Assembly: GCA_964447465.1 (NCBI GenBank)
Contig: CAYUTR010000002.1
Span: 1 to 53,455 of the forward strand
DNA length: 53,455 nt
Direction of reading: 5' to 3'
From: an uncultured Chryseobacterium sp.
GTDB taxonomy: Bacteria > Bacteroidota > Bacteroidia > Palsa-965
In this document: piece after piece, positions 35,990 through 47,300 of the stretch
Position numbering within the stretch: position 1 is the stretch's first letter
How the letters are laid out: each line of letters starts with the position of its first letter
Translations under genes and position numbers: made by a program
Notes under the pieces: model-generated
Database searches by the model: none
What the model saw: the letters and a program-made list of their open reading frames with translations, nothing else
Told to the model about the DNA's origin: nothing

Positions 35990-36682
35990 TTAATTGTCGT
36001 AACGGTCTCTTAAATCAATGATGGTGTATTGGCTGAAAGCAGCAGCAGCCGAAATTGTACCGCCCTTTCGTTGTATGTATTTCTTCTCTGAGAATTGCGA
36101 GTCCGGAATATTTTCATCAAAGCGGACATTTTTATATGTTACCACGAATGCCGGCTTTCCTCCGGTTTCAATTGCGGTATAGTAATACGCCACCTTTTCC
36201 ATTGCGAATGTTGTGGCATTGATTGTAATCTCCGTTCGTTCATAAAGACTGTTCTTCTCTTTAACAACAATTGTTCGTGTGTCGCCGGTTGTGTTCTGTA
36301 GTGTAATACTCGTCGCAGCCAACCACGCCGAATCAGGCTCTGTGCTTGCAGTTGTATTTTTGCCCGCGTCCTTACTGTCGCGCCCCGGAAGCACAGTGAT
36401 GCTCTTTTCGGTTTTGTCGACAATGAGCATTGACTTTTTGCTGATAATGATTTCCTGTCCCATTGCATCGGAGTAATAATTCCCTCCGTCGTACGCCACC
36501 TTTCCCTTCATCGTGTTCGATGCAGTACCCAATGAATGCGTAGTATAATACGATGCTTCAAACTCCAGCTGGATGCTCGTCGCAGCGGCGTACTTGTCGT
36601 TCATTTTCTTCAGCCAGTCTTTACCGGTTTCTTGCGCGCATAGTGTTATCGTGCTCAAGAACAAAATCAATAGTGTTTTCAT
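35990..36682 (-). CDS. Secreted LolA-like / lipoprotein-carrier-fold protein (tentative)
   Basis: Signal peptide 'MKTLLILFLSTITLCAQE'. 'DWLKKMNDKY...IQLEFEASYY...MKGKVAYDGGNYY' resembles LolA/outer-membrane lipoprotein-sorting family starts. It ends 17 nt upstream of the Rhs start. Confidence 0.4.
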   Translation of the reverse strand: MKTLLILFLSTITLCAQETGKDWLKKMNDKYAAATSIQLEFEASYYTTHSLGTASNTMKGKVAYDGGNYYSDAMGQEIIISKKSMLIVDKTEKSITVLPGRDSKDAGKNTTASTEPDSAWLAATSITLQNTTGDTRTIVVKEKNSLYERTEITINATTFAMEKVAYYYTAIETGGKPAFVVTYKNVRFDENIPDSQFSEKKYIQRKGGTISAAAAFSQYTIIDLRDRYDN

Positions 36683-36721
36683 ATTTCTGAATTTATTTCT
36701 ATTTCTGGTAGTGATTTGGAG

Positions 36722-36817
36722 GCTGCTGTTTTCAGTTCGAGCGAAGTCGAGAACTCAGCAACAGCAGAGTCTCCGGTATTTGTCTACTTCTCGACTGCGC
36801 TCGAAGTGACAAATACC
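36722..36817. repeat. Two consecutive stem-loops (REP-like) inside the operon
   Basis: 'ctgctgtt...aacagcag' (36722-36768) and a perfect 10-bp stem 'ggtatttgtc...gacaaatacc' (36775-36817). They contain 'ttcgagcgaagtcgag' and 'tctcgactgcgctcgaag' cores. They fill the only sizeable gap (150 nt) in the 48551-27679 gene string. Confidence 0.7.
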
Positions 36818-36832
36818 GACTTTACCAAACGC

Positions 36833-39800
36833 CTACTGTCTAATGATGTTTCCTCTCGAAGTCTGTACCGTAAAGATTCCCTTCTCCGTTTCCTGTTTCA
36901 CCTGCACCAGCGCACCTTCTTCATCATAATTGTAGAAAGTTGCATAGTTGCGGTTATCCAGTTGAGCCATGAGCCAATGCGTCTGCGGATCGTAAACGTA
37001 GGAAGTCATTGCGCTCTTGAATGGTTGTACACGGAAGTCATCGAAATTGGCCTGGCCCATTGTCTGACAACTGAGCGTAATGCTCAATATTCCAGACGGG
37101 GCAATGAATGAACCTTCGATTTTTCTCCATCCTTCAATAGCTGAAGTTGATTCATCAGGTGTGTATATCACTGGTGTTCCCGCGTCAATGATCACAGTTG
37201 GAATTCCTCCATCATCTGATCGTGCCCACACAGAGAAGAAATATTCCTGTCCGGGAATACCTTCGAAGTATTGTTGGTTCGAAGGATACGTCCCGTTGCA
37301 TGTTACAGTATACACCGCATCACCATTGTACTGAACTCCGTAACTGCTCTTTCCTGTGTGTGCATACAATGCATCCAGTCCAGTTGGATGTCCCGGGTCG
37401 TCGTCAACAAAAAGCAGGTGACCATGTCCTGTATAACCGGAACTGTAATCCTCAAACCCATCAAAGCCCATTTCAAAATACTGACTGTTCGCTGCCGCTG
37501 CTGTCTGTTTAGTATTGTCATAACCATACATCACCGAGCTATAGATACCGAGTGCATCACGCGTTTCAAGTGCATAACCATACGGACTGTATCGCGTTAC
37601 TGCAGATACGAATGCCCAAAGTGTATTATCCTGTGCTGCAATCTCCCAGTTGTACAATACGAAGTTGTCATACGTACCATCTTTGCTGATGTCAGTTTTA
37701 GACGCGCTTGCAATACTTTGTTTGCGATCGACCTGGTAGAGGTAATTACTGTGTGTTCTCCATACGCCTCGCAAACCATATTTATAGTCGTTGGTACTCG
37801 TAACGGTAAGACCTGCATCGGCGAAATTGATTTCCTGCTGATGACCGGTTGTGCTGCTCGACCAGTTTTCTGCGAAGCGTACTGCAGAAGCGTGAAGGAC
37901 GTCATCCATACAGAGCTGAAAGCAACCGGAATTATCGGTCCAGGTCAGCGTATGTGTAACCAGTTCGGAATCTATGGTCTTGGTTGCTGTAACAATTCCA
38001 CCAGAATAGTGAAGGTCCCATGTAAACGCATCTGGGAGATCAACGAGTACTTCATCCGGAAAAGTCAGGAATGCTTCGCAACCTCCGTCGAGATCAATAA
38101 TCGTAATTATGTCATCGCTGATAGAGAAACGGATATCACGTTCTTCTCCGGTTGCACAATCGACATAGAAATCCTCAAGGTCCGTTGGGTTTGCTGTAAT
38201 ACTGGTTGTACACGCATTAAATGCTTCAAACAACGGGAAGTTGCGATCTGTAACGGGATTTGAAAGAGAAACAATCACACCGTTAGAAACACTTTGCAGG
38301 TTACGGCGTCCGGAGCGGTGGATGATGAATGTGCCCGCGGCATAACTTACTGCATCGCCTCCGTCTTCTTCAATCAGATGAATATCATCGCCGGTTACAT
38401 CTTCAACCCACAGCATCGTTCCCGCTCCACCTGCATCCGGAATGTACATGACTTCATCACCAGGAAAGAAATAGTCGTCTCCATCTGTAACATCAAGGAT
38501 TCCGCTACCATCAGTAGTTTCAACGCCGAAGCGCGCACCTTGATTTTTGTATGCTCCCTGCATTCCTTCGTAAGCCCAATGCGCTGCAAAGTTGTAGGTG
38601 TACACCGGACGTTCGAATTCATTTTCGACAACAGTGAGGAGTGGAGCTCCGGTTTCAGCATCGAACATGAGATTGCGTGCGGTACTTTTTGCTCCGTCGT
38701 CCATTGTTTCTACTTCGGTGAGGATACCGGTGCGGTAGATGACTTTCATGGCGACTGCGGAACGATAGAGGGATTTGGAAATGTTGATATTAAGCATGAA
38801 GGTTGGCACCAATGCGCCCGTCACTCCATTAACTTCCATGTTAAATTGCGCACCCAACTCCTGTGTTTCATTCGAATGCTGACGCAGATCGAAAAAGAAA
38901 TCATATGTTTCACCAAGATTCTCCTGTGAATAAACACCGTCAGAAGTAAGTACATCTACAGTACTGCTCAATCTGTTTCCCGCCCCAGTTCCATACTCAC
39001 CATTGTACTTGTAAAAAACTCTCCGCGTAGGCATCGTTGTTGTTCCACCAATGAGATTTGCGTAAGAAGGATATGTTGCTACAGATTTCAGCTTTCCGTG
39101 CATATCATTAAGCACAACAGAATACCCCTGAGAAAACCCTCTCATATTATATGAAATGGAACCAACGAAAGGAATTACCACCGGTACAGGAAACCATGTT
39201 TTCTGAAGGTCAGTGCGATCAGGCTCAACAGGATAATCCTTTGCCGTATAGAATTCGTATTCTGTAATGCCAGTACGCGAAACAGTCACATCCGGCTCAG
39301 CCTCTGGATCAATCTCAAGAGCTGGATCCTTAACCACACTGGATACTATTACCCTGCTGTATCCGACTATAGGAGCCGGATAATAGCTTTCGGCAATTGG
39401 TTCCATTACGTAGAACGCCTCATCCTTCTTCACTAAATTGTCACTATTATAACGCAAGGGAACACACATTGAATTTTCTTCACCACCCATTAATGGTTCA
39501 TATGATGCAACGCCAGAACTACGTCCGTCGGACAGCGCGTATGAGTAAATCTGACCGTATTTACCTTCCTCACCGGCATCGCTTGAAATAACATCCCATG
39601 CGTCTCTGATCATTATACGATGCACGCGATGCCCGCCCCCGACTTTCCTTCCATCTGGTGAATTGAGCCGGATATAAGACGGTCTTTGAGCACATTCATG
39701 TGTAGTTGTGTTTATGTCCAAAGCATCTGCCCAACCTGAAACATTCGCAGAAATGTATGGTGCCACTGCACGTGGCAATTCCGTAAAAATTCCCGTCAAT

Positions 39801-42800
39801 GTTGTAACCAGATTGCCCACCGCGCCCGTCCCGATGTTAGGGTTTGCAAAAAGATCTGAGCGTTCCAGATAAAGATGCTGCCACGCTGCTTTTTGAATCG
39901 GATTCACTTGAACGGGACTGACTATGTTCGGGTAATCATCACGATCCACGCGTTCAACTGTCAAATACGCGAATCTGTGCATGTTTCCTACACCTTCATC
40001 GACCACACCATAACTGTTTACATCGAAAGATATCTTACAAAAGCCATCAACGTAGTCATACAGTAAAGTACCTCCGCCATGTGGCGATTTTAGCCCCAAG
40101 AACATCTTAAAATACATGTCGTCAATATTATTAATGTACTCAGCGATCATCGCCTGTTTTTGACCTGTCGTAAGCGAATAATAATTGATAGGTTCATTTA
40201 ACTCGAAATAAATTTGAGTTTTTTTCTTCCCCAATCCTGCGAGCACATCGCTACTCAACGATGGGTTTGAATTTCCCTCACTACCGAAACCTATTACCTT
40301 ACACATCTGCATTGCCGGTTTATCCTGAACATACGCATAGTCATCGGCTTCGTACTCAATATCGACAATCGACCCGGAAGGCAACGTAATCTGTTTTAAA
40401 CACCAGGCTGCCGCACTTTGATCCGCTTCGGTACGATTCTTCTGATCCGTGTATGGATTTTCGTTGTTGCGATAGTTTCCGGATTCCTGTTTTTTATAGG
40501 TCCCCCATCGATCATTGCCGAGTGGATCATAATCAGGATTGATGTCATTGTCATCCGGATCACCATAATCAAAAGTATAAGGACTCAATTTTCCCTTTTC
40601 ATTATCCCGGTAAGTAAAGTAGATCTGTCTGAGCGTGAGCTTCCCTGAATCGGGCAAAAGAAGTTCATTATTAACAACACCAGGGCACAACGTGTAATTG
40701 TAGTTAAAGTATACAGACTTGATTGGAGTGGCGTCTGCAGTTCCAAAATCGGGATCTGCTTTACTGTAAAGAGAAACATGATCCAACGACCACATTTTAT
40801 CTGCCGTAGCTACCTGCGAATGATAAATCGTCGAGTCCAGCACATATTCTGCAATGGCTCCATGAGCGTCCTTCCGTGCAGTTTCATTGAGAACAAAACA
40901 AGCCACGTGCGTTTTAGTTTCAATCGAGTGCAGTAAATACACTTCTTTAGTTCCACATTGATATGAAAGTTTATCGTCATATACGTTCGAGAGATGGCCC
41001 GAATTGAGGACGCCTCCGTAATAGGGCGCCCGCCATTTAAACGAAGCGTCAGAAAGCACATAATTGAACTTAGTGTAGTAACCCATATCATCTTCTGTTG
41101 GCCCGTCTCCGGTTACATCCACGTAATCCGGCGAAATAACTTCAGTCAGCAAATAAGACTCTGCATAACCAGGTGTTTCCGTCGATGAATACAATTCATC
41201 AGTTCCTGTTTCATTGTTTGCAAGCGAAGCATCTGTTGTGGTATAAGAGAAAGAGTAATTTGTTGGATACGTTGCGAATCCGTTCTTGGAGAACATGACC
41301 TCCTTCGTCCCATACGCATATACCGGAATTCCATAAACATAACGGCTCCCATCCGCACCCGTTTCCGTGAATTCGGCAACATGATGATCCTGTTTTGTCC
41401 CATAGGCATATTGATCGCCAGTAACTGTGTTGTCAAGAGCAGGAAAGTCATTCATGTCAAACAAATTCACCGGAACATCGGTCGGAAATTTTTCCATTTC
41501 ACCATCAGTTCTGTATATGTTTCGCGTTACTGTTTTTTCTCTTGAGGCCCGATGATTTTTTGAATTGTCCAGGTTGATGGAACTAGCCTCCGTATAAAGT
41601 CCATCAGACAATATCTCCGGTCGTGGACAGAAATTATTTCCGGACTCAAATGGCTCCTCCAGTTTAAACCGTACGGCTGAAGTTCCACCGATAAAATCTA
41701 ATTGATTCGCAGGGCTGGATGTAAGTTCCCCTGCCATCTTGAAGTAAAATGGTTGATAGGCATAGTCTCCATTATGGTCACCATCAGAGTCCAAACCTTG
41801 AAAAACATAATCATCAATATCATTCCACCCCTGATTACTATTACCATTCCAAAAATGGTTATGCCACATCCCGGAATAACTTTGAGACTGTACATAAGAA
41901 CCATCAACACCGAATTTCGTCCAGGTTGTGCCAACAGCCGGCGCTCCCCATTCCGCACCAACCGTTCCTCCGTAGATTGTTGAAGTTACCCGTGGTTCCG
42001 TGTAGATTCCCATATCCGAGCGATAAGGCCTGAAGCTCCCCCCCATACCTTGCGCAGAGACATTAAACATATCGTAAGTTGCAATCGGGACTCCGAGGGT
42101 CTTTGACTGACGGGCTGGCGGAACATCCTTGTCGCGGTTAATATCCTCCAGCGTTAAATCATTGTAGATCGCATTAGAATACTCATTGTACAAATAACCA
42201 TAACTGTCATATGATTGAGTAGTATTCTTTATCCAAGAGCGATTGTATGACGCCTGCATTGTAGACACCTTCTTAGCACTCCATTTCCAGGTCGTATCTG
42301 TTCCGATTGAAATTGCGGTGTTCGCAATAAATCCTTCAATTTCCGGATTGGATATTGGTACGTAACCACTAGAGCTAAAAGAAATTCCCGCGCCAATTCC
42401 TTGCAAAATATGAGAAAGGCCCGTCCCTCTCGTGAATGAAAAGTTAAATGACTGAATTCCTTCGCGACTGCCCCAAGAAAGTGAGGCGCCAATGCCCCGA
42501 CTAAATTCCTTATATGTCCGCTCCACTTTGTGTGTAATGCTATAAGCTAGGTTCACTCCGACACCATCACTACTACTGGTCAAATTCAGCCGCAACGGAG
42601 AAGAGTTTACCGGTGAGTTAGCCTCTGCACTGGCCAACGCAAAATTCCCGGCAAATTGAAACCCGATACCTCTATAATTATTGTAGTAGACCTGAACACC
42701 AGCGCCGTACTGGAACTGATTAAAGCCTAATATTTCCCTGCTGATATTAACGTTACCTATATTCCTCCCCAAATTAAATACAGCACTATTCGATGGTCTA

Positions 42801-43186
42801 AAATGCAATTTCTTAATCACCTGATCTCCCTTAAAATCATCCGGCAATCCTCTCATCGATCTATTGATCGCACCCGCATTTATATTCCATCCTAATCCAA
42901 CCCAACTCGCCTCCTGCTCCATACCAATACCAGCGTGGTACGCGAGGTTAATCGGATAACCACCATTCGGTCCGGGCACAGTCATCAGCGGAATGTTGTA
43001 AGAGAAATCACCTGTAAAAAGATTCACCATCTCCGATGAGCCTGCTGGTTCGAAACTCTGGAACTCCGGCTGACCGGGTCCATTCGTCAATGCAAATGCA
43101 GCTACTGGTATGCAGTATTCTGCAATAAGGTTTAGCAATAAATACGCTGCAATGATGCGATATATTTTTTGTCTCTTCGGGCTCAT
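36833..43186 (-). CDS. Giant secreted protein (2117 aa) with SpvB/TcB-type N-terminal motif and C-terminal YD-like repeats
   Basis: N-terminal signal/anchor. 'VNLFTGDFSYNIPLMTVPGPNGGYPINLAYHAGIGMEQEASWVGLGWNI' resembles the SpvB/TcaC N-terminal signature (TG..sy.iPi.vPpG..g..P.L.L.Y.S...G..G.GW.l). The C-terminus has 'YVYDPQTHWLMAQLD' and 'YNYDEEGALVQVKQE'. Confidence 0.7.
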   Translation of the reverse strand: MSPKRQKIYRIIAAYLLLNLIAEYCIPVAAFALTNGPGQPEFQSFEPAGSSEMVNLFTGDFSYNIPLMTVPGPNGGYPINLAYHAGIGMEQEASWVGLGWNINAGAINRSMRGLPDDFKGDQVIKKLHFRPSNSAVFNLGRNIGNVNISREILGFNQFQYGAGVQVYYNNYRGIGFQFAGNFALASAEANSPVNSSPLRLNLTSSSDGVGVNLAYSITHKVERTYKEFSRGIGASLSWGSREGIQSFNFSFTRGTGLSHILQGIGAGISFSSSGYVPISNPEIEGFIANTAISIGTDTTWKWSAKKVSTMQASYNRSWIKNTTQSYDSYGYLYNEYSNAIYNDLTLEDINRDKDVPPARQSKTLGVPIATYDMFNVSAQGMGGSFRPYRSDMGIYTEPRVTSTIYGGTVGAEWGAPAVGTTWTKFGVDGSYVQSQSYSGMWHNHFWNGNSNQGWNDIDDYVFQGLDSDGDHNGDYAYQPFYFKMAGELTSSPANQLDFIGGTSAVRFKLEEPFESGNNFCPRPEILSDGLYTEASSINLDNSKNHRASREKTVTRNIYRTDGEMEKFPTDVPVNLFDMNDFPALDNTVTGDQYAYGTKQDHHVAEFTETGADGSRYVYGIPVYAYGTKEVMFSKNGFATYPTNYSFSYTTTDASLANNETGTDELYSSTETPGYAESYLLTEVISPDYVDVTGDGPTEDDMGYYTKFNYVLSDASFKWRAPYYGGVLNSGHLSNVYDDKLSYQCGTKEVYLLHSIETKTHVACFVLNETARKDAHGAIAEYVLDSTIYHSQVATADKMWSLDHVSLYSKADPDFGTADATPIKSVYFNYNYTLCPGVVNNELLLPDSGKLTLRQIYFTYRDNEKGKLSPYTFDYGDPDDNDINPDYDPLGNDRWGTYKKQESGNYRNNENPYTDQKNRTEADQSAAAWCLKQITLPSGSIVDIEYEADDYAYVQDKPAMQMCKVIGFGSEGNSNPSLSSDVLAGLGKKKTQIYFELNEPINYYSLTTGQKQAMIAEYINNIDDMYFKMFLGLKSPHGGGTLLYDYVDGFCKISFDVNSYGVVDEGVGNMHRFAYLTVERVDRDDYPNIVSPVQVNPIQKAAWQHLYLERSDLFANPNIGTGAVGNLVTTLTGIFTELPRAVAPYISANVSGWADALDINTTTHECAQRPSYIRLNSPDGRKVGGGHRVHRIMIRDAWDVISSDAGEEGKYGQIYSYALSDGRSSGVASYEPLMGGEENSMCVPLRYNSDNLVKKDEAFYVMEPIAESYYPAPIVGYSRVIVSSVVKDPALEIDPEAEPDVTVSRTGITEYEFYTAKDYPVEPDRTDLQKTWFPVPVVIPFVGSISYNMRGFSQGYSVVLNDMHGKLKSVATYPSYANLIGGTTTMPTRRVFYKYNGEYGTGAGNRLSSTVDVLTSDGVYSQENLGETYDFFFDLRQHSNETQELGAQFNMEVNGVTGALVPTFMLNINISKSLYRSAVAMKVIYRTGILTEVETMDDGAKSTARNLMFDAETGAPLLTVVENEFERPVYTYNFAAHWAYEGMQGAYKNQGARFGVETTDGSGILDVTDGDDYFFPGDEVMYIPDAGGAGTMLWVEDVTGDDIHLIEEDGGDAVSYAAGTFIIHRSGRRNLQSVSNGVIVSLSNPVTDRNFPLFEAFNACTTSITANPTDLEDFYVDCATGEERDIRFSISDDIITIIDLDGGCEAFLTFPDEVLVDLPDAFTWDLHYSGGIVTATKTIDSELVTHTLTWTDNSGCFQLCMDDVLHASAVRFAENWSSSTTGHQQEINFADAGLTVTSTNDYKYGLRGVWRTHSNYLYQVDRKQSIASASKTDISKDGTYDNFVLYNWEIAAQDNTLWAFVSAVTRYSPYGYALETRDALGIYSSVMYGYDNTKQTAAAANSQYFEMGFDGFEDYSSGYTGHGHLLFVDDDPGHPTGLDALYAHTGKSSYGVQYNGDAVYTVTCNGTYPSNQQYFEGIPGQEYFFSVWARSDDGGIPTVIIDAGTPVIYTPDESTSAIEGWRKIEGSFIAPSGILSITLSCQTMGQANFDDFRVQPFKSAMTSYVYDPQTHWLMAQLDNRNYATFYNYDEEGALVQVKQETEKGIFTVQTSRGNIIRQ

Positions 43187-43188
43187 GG

Positions 43189-43797
43189 TTATTCGGATAA
43201 AAGGAGTTCAGGAATATTTTCTAAGTCATCGGCTTTGATCGTTAGCTTCACCGGACCGCAATCCAGTATACGATCGGAATAGATCAGCGTTTTGTCGTTG
43301 TATGATTTTGCACCAGCCGGTTTTTCAAATCCCAACAGAATATTATTCTCCGGAGAGATATTGAAATTCCGTTCGCAGTGGAAAAACACACAGTAGAGTG
43401 TATCGTTCCCGTCAATGAGTTGAAAATCATTCTGCATTTCAGACATCATATAAGTAACGCGTTCTCCAAATATATTTTCATCAGCACCGCCCGAGGCAGG
43501 GATTTCCTGTTTGTCGGCTGTAACAATAGTGAGTGTAAAAAACTGCAATCCACCGGAATTTGTTTCGTACTCGTTTAAGTTCTGCTGGGAAACAGAATGA
43601 TCTTCATCCTGCATCAGCATCTCATAGGCAGAAGGTTTGTATTGCAATGTAAATGTTTGTCCTCCAATTTCTTTTTCCACTTTAAGCCCGTTGCTTTCAT
43701 CGCGCACCCAATTCACATAATCAGATGGAGCGAGTGTTTGCTTTACGCAACCGGCCATTACTATCCCGGCAATCATGTACAACAGAATATTTTTCAT
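43189..43797 (-). CDS. Lipoprotein, unknown function (~202 aa)
   Basis: Met at 43797 gives 'MKNILLYMIAGIVMAGCVKQ' (lipobox) and starts 1 nt after the upstream stop. It ends 2 nt before the 2117-aa gene start. Confidence 0.6.
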   Translation of the reverse strand: MKNILLYMIAGIVMAGCVKQTLAPSDYVNWVRDESNGLKVEKEIGGQTFTLQYKPSAYEMLMQDEDHSVSQQNLNEYETNSGGLQFFTLTIVTADKQEIPASGGADENIFGERVTYMMSEMQNDFQLIDGNDTLYCVFFHCERNFNISPENNILLGFEKPAGAKSYNDKTLIYSDRILDCGPVKLTIKADDLENIPELLLSE

Positions 43798-43798
43798 G

Positions 43799-44374
43799 TT
43801 ACTTATTTGTTTCGCCCTGGTAACGTTCATTGCAATACACCACAACTTCATCCGTCAGATCAAGACCGGTTTCAGTATACATAACGTTTCCTGAACCATC
43901 TCCACCTATGATGCACTCAATGCCATTGGCTTTTCCGTAATCTTCTACGTACTGGTTCAATTGTTTCCAGATTTGCTCGTTGTATTGATTCTGCATCGCT
44001 TCATTGTCCTGTGTGATCGCGCTCTGCTGACTCATGTATTGCTGGCGACGCACCTCAAATTCATTTGCTTTGGAATCGTAAGCTTCCTTGTTTGCTTCAG
44101 GATCCATACTCTGAATTGTTCGCGACAAAATATTGAGGGATAATTCAAGACTGTCCAGCGTTTTTTGGCGTACATCCACCACGTTAGTCATCTGACCTTC
44201 GAGTTGTTTTTTCATTTCGAATCCATTGTACAATTGGGCGAGATCCACAATCACAAACTTCTGGTCGCGATTCATTTGATAAATCGTTAACGATACACTA
44301 GTCACCGCGAAGAGACCAAGTACAAGGAGAGTAATTTTCGAGAGGTTCAGTTTAGGTAGGTTCAGTTTTTTCAT
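43799..44374 (-). CDS. OmpH/Skp-like periplasmic chaperone
   Basis: Met at 44374 gives 'MKKLNLPKLNLSKITLLVLGLFAV...', followed by a coiled-coil Gln/Glu-rich body and '...WKQLNQYVEDYGKANGIECIIGG', typical of the OmpH family. It starts 2 nt after the upstream stop. Confidence 0.6.
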   Translation of the reverse strand: MKKLNLPKLNLSKITLLVLGLFAVTSVSLTIYQMNRDQKFVIVDLAQLYNGFEMKKQLEGQMTNVVDVRQKTLDSLELSLNILSRTIQSMDPEANKEAYDSKANEFEVRRQQYMSQQSAITQDNEAMQNQYNEQIWKQLNQYVEDYGKANGIECIIGGDGSGNVMYTETGLDLTDEVVVYCNERYQGETNK

Positions 44375-44376
44375 GA

Positions 44377-47300
44377 TTATTCTTCTTCGGCTGGTGGTGG
44401 ACAATTTGAGAGTATGATATTGGAATCCTGTTCGAAGCGGAGGTACCACTTTTCGTTTTTATCGTTGATGACTTCAAGAATGTAGAATCCATCGGCGAGC
44501 GCGCCGGAAGGTGTGATATCACATCCCACTGTGTTGAGATGATATCGGTTGTCGCCATATACAACTTGTAACTGTAGCGTTGCCGGCAGCATGCTGTTAG
44601 ATGACACTAATGTGTGTTCATCGTCGTAGATATTAAACAACAGGTCTCCAGATTCTGCGTACTCTTCGTCGAAGCGGAAGAACAATCTACCGTTAATGGC
44701 TTTGTAATATCCTCCGTCGAGTTTTTTCTTCAATATTGCAGTAGGAAAATAGTTGACGGATACCGCAGTGGTTAAGTATGCGAAACTGCTCACGAACGTT
44801 ACGTTTGTTACACTTGAAATGTCTCCGCGATAACCAGCGATGAGTATCGATGATGCTCCCAAATCACTCCATTGAGTACCGTTCCAGTTAGCAACGCGTA
44901 AATCTCCATACACCCCAGTATTGCAGCTGTTCTTGTTCCACGACAACCCAACCTGTACGTTGGAAGAACCAACTTGTCGTTCGAGTGACCAGTGTTCGCA
45001 CGTACTGAGATCCGTTAATGAATCAACAATTGTTGCGCCTTGTGACTGCGCGGTTGCAGTATAAATTGCCTGAAAACGGTCAGATGTATTTGAAGGAGCT
45101 GACATATCCAGCGGGTGATAAGCTATACTATCATGTAATGTTGTATCTCCGAGGTGAAACTTGAATGGATCATTTCCGGTTTTCCGAATAGGCCCGCACA
45201 CATAAGCACTATCATCATTAAACAAGGTGCATACTGCACCATCCGGAAATGCGAGGTAATTGGTAGCGTCAGTAATCACACGTCCCTTCGTCAGGATCAT
45301 CACCGAATTCACCTGCATCGGATTCTGAAGATTTACCGATGTCGGTGAACCTGCAGAGTAACTTCTGTTGACTGTTACATTGAAAAAATTAACGGTGCCG
45401 GTTCCTTTAATTTTGTTATGTCCGATTCCATCGAAAACAACTGTGCTGGTTGAGTAAGTCCATGTGCCAACACTGTTCCAGTCGCCCCCAACGTAAATTT
45501 TGTTTGACCCTGCTGAGCAAGTTGCGCCGGATGCGATGGTGAAATTGTTGTTTGCGTCTACGTGACCGGTTAGTGTGCGTGTATTTCCATTGATCGTAAT
45601 GTTGTAGAACGGCATGCAGTTCGTTGAACCGGATTGCTGACCATCAAGATTTTTAGTTCCATAAAATGCGACAGTGGAAGTTCCCGGTGAAACAGTTCCT
45701 TGGGTGTAAATCCAATTGCCCATGATAGTGGTAACACTGGCAAGCGTGAGTGTATCTGTACTTTTATCAATTGTAACATTAGGGAGCCCACCTGTCCCTG
45801 CAGTGCCACTTCCGGTAATTGTTTGAGCACTCGCTCCATTCAACGTAATAGTAGCGTCGCCACCGCCGCCGGTGCCAGTGTTCGTAATTACAATGTGTTG
45901 GTGCACGTAAATCTGTCCCGAATCAATAATAATGTTACCAACGCCTGCAGTTTCAAAATTCCCGCCTGCAGTCAGGATTGTTGATGGGCTAATCGTAAAA
46001 ACGGAACTGAGTCCCGTGGAGGCCCCAAATGAAATCGTGAAGAGGGTGAGCGATCCTGAAATTGTTTTGCTTCCGGAAAAGTGTAATGTACTGCTACCAG
46101 GATCAACTGTACCGGCCGTGTATGTAAAGTTGCCTTGTATATTAACATAGTCGATAAGGTATAATGTTCCCGTTGTTTTATTAATGACCACATTCGGTAA
46201 TCTGGAATTGCCCCTTGATGCATTACCGGTGAGTGTCTGACTGCCCGATCCATTAATGACCATGGAAGCTGATCCTCCTGCGGAATTTCCATTAAATGTA
46301 TTGGAGAGCGTAATATTTCCCTGAGCATAAATTGTTCCTGTGTTGATAGCTACCAGGTTAGACCCGTCTATTGACAGAAGGCCAGTGATAGTTAATGTGT
46401 TTCCGCTTGAGATCGTAAATGTTGCGTTAGCCGAATTGTTGAAGCCGACATTAGCGAGAGAATGTGAACCGGAAATTGTTTTAGTATTCCAGAAGCAGAC
46501 TGTACCAGTGCTCGTTGATAAATTGCCAGCGGTATACGTCCAATTTCCAGCGACGGTGATTGTACTGTCCAACGTAAGTGTTCCGGAACTCTTGTTGATA
46601 GTAACATTCGGGAGTGCAGAATTTCCTGCCGTGGCGTTTCCGGTCACGGTCTGACTTCCGGTACCATTAATAACAATGGACGCAGAGCCTCCTCCACCCG
46701 TTACCGGATTTTTCAGGTCAATATTTCCCTGTGCATGAATAGTGCCGGTGTTAATCGTAATATTACCCAAGACGTTGTTTACATATTCGATGGTACCCGT
46801 AGTAGTTAGTGTTGTTCCACCAGCAATCGTATATACTCCGGCAGCGCCAAATCTTACAGAATACAACGTGTGAGAACCGGTAATAGTTTTTGTTCCCGCA
46901 AAGTGAATTCTGCTTGTACCGGCACTCACCGTACCGGCTGTATATGTCCAGTTACCTAATACTGAAATTGTATTAGAAAGTGAAAGTGTTCCTGAACTTT
47001 TGTTGATGACCATATTTGGTAATCGACCCGTAGCACCTAAAGTACCGCCGGTTAATGCTTGACTCCCGGTACCATTAAGCGTAACCGTTGCAGTTCCGCC
47101 ACCGCCGCTGAAATTGTTCGTGATGACTACATCACCGTTTGCTGAAATGCTCCCGGTGTTTAATGTCGAGGCGACAGTTCCAGAAATCAGTAAGGTATCA
47201 CTCACCGTTAAGGTTGTTCCTCCTGCAATTGTATAGGTGCTGGTAGAGGCAGGTGCAAATTCCAGTTTGTAAAATGTAACCGATCCTGTGACAGTATTGG

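Noticed and set aside
37271-38929. Plus-strand ORFs of 330 aa and 211 aa antisense to the 2117-aa gene, and the similar 281-aa ORF (3042-3887, -) antisense to dnaE2
   Set aside because: Same reasoning as above. They are embedded in strongly supported genes, carry no recognisable motifs and have an odd composition.
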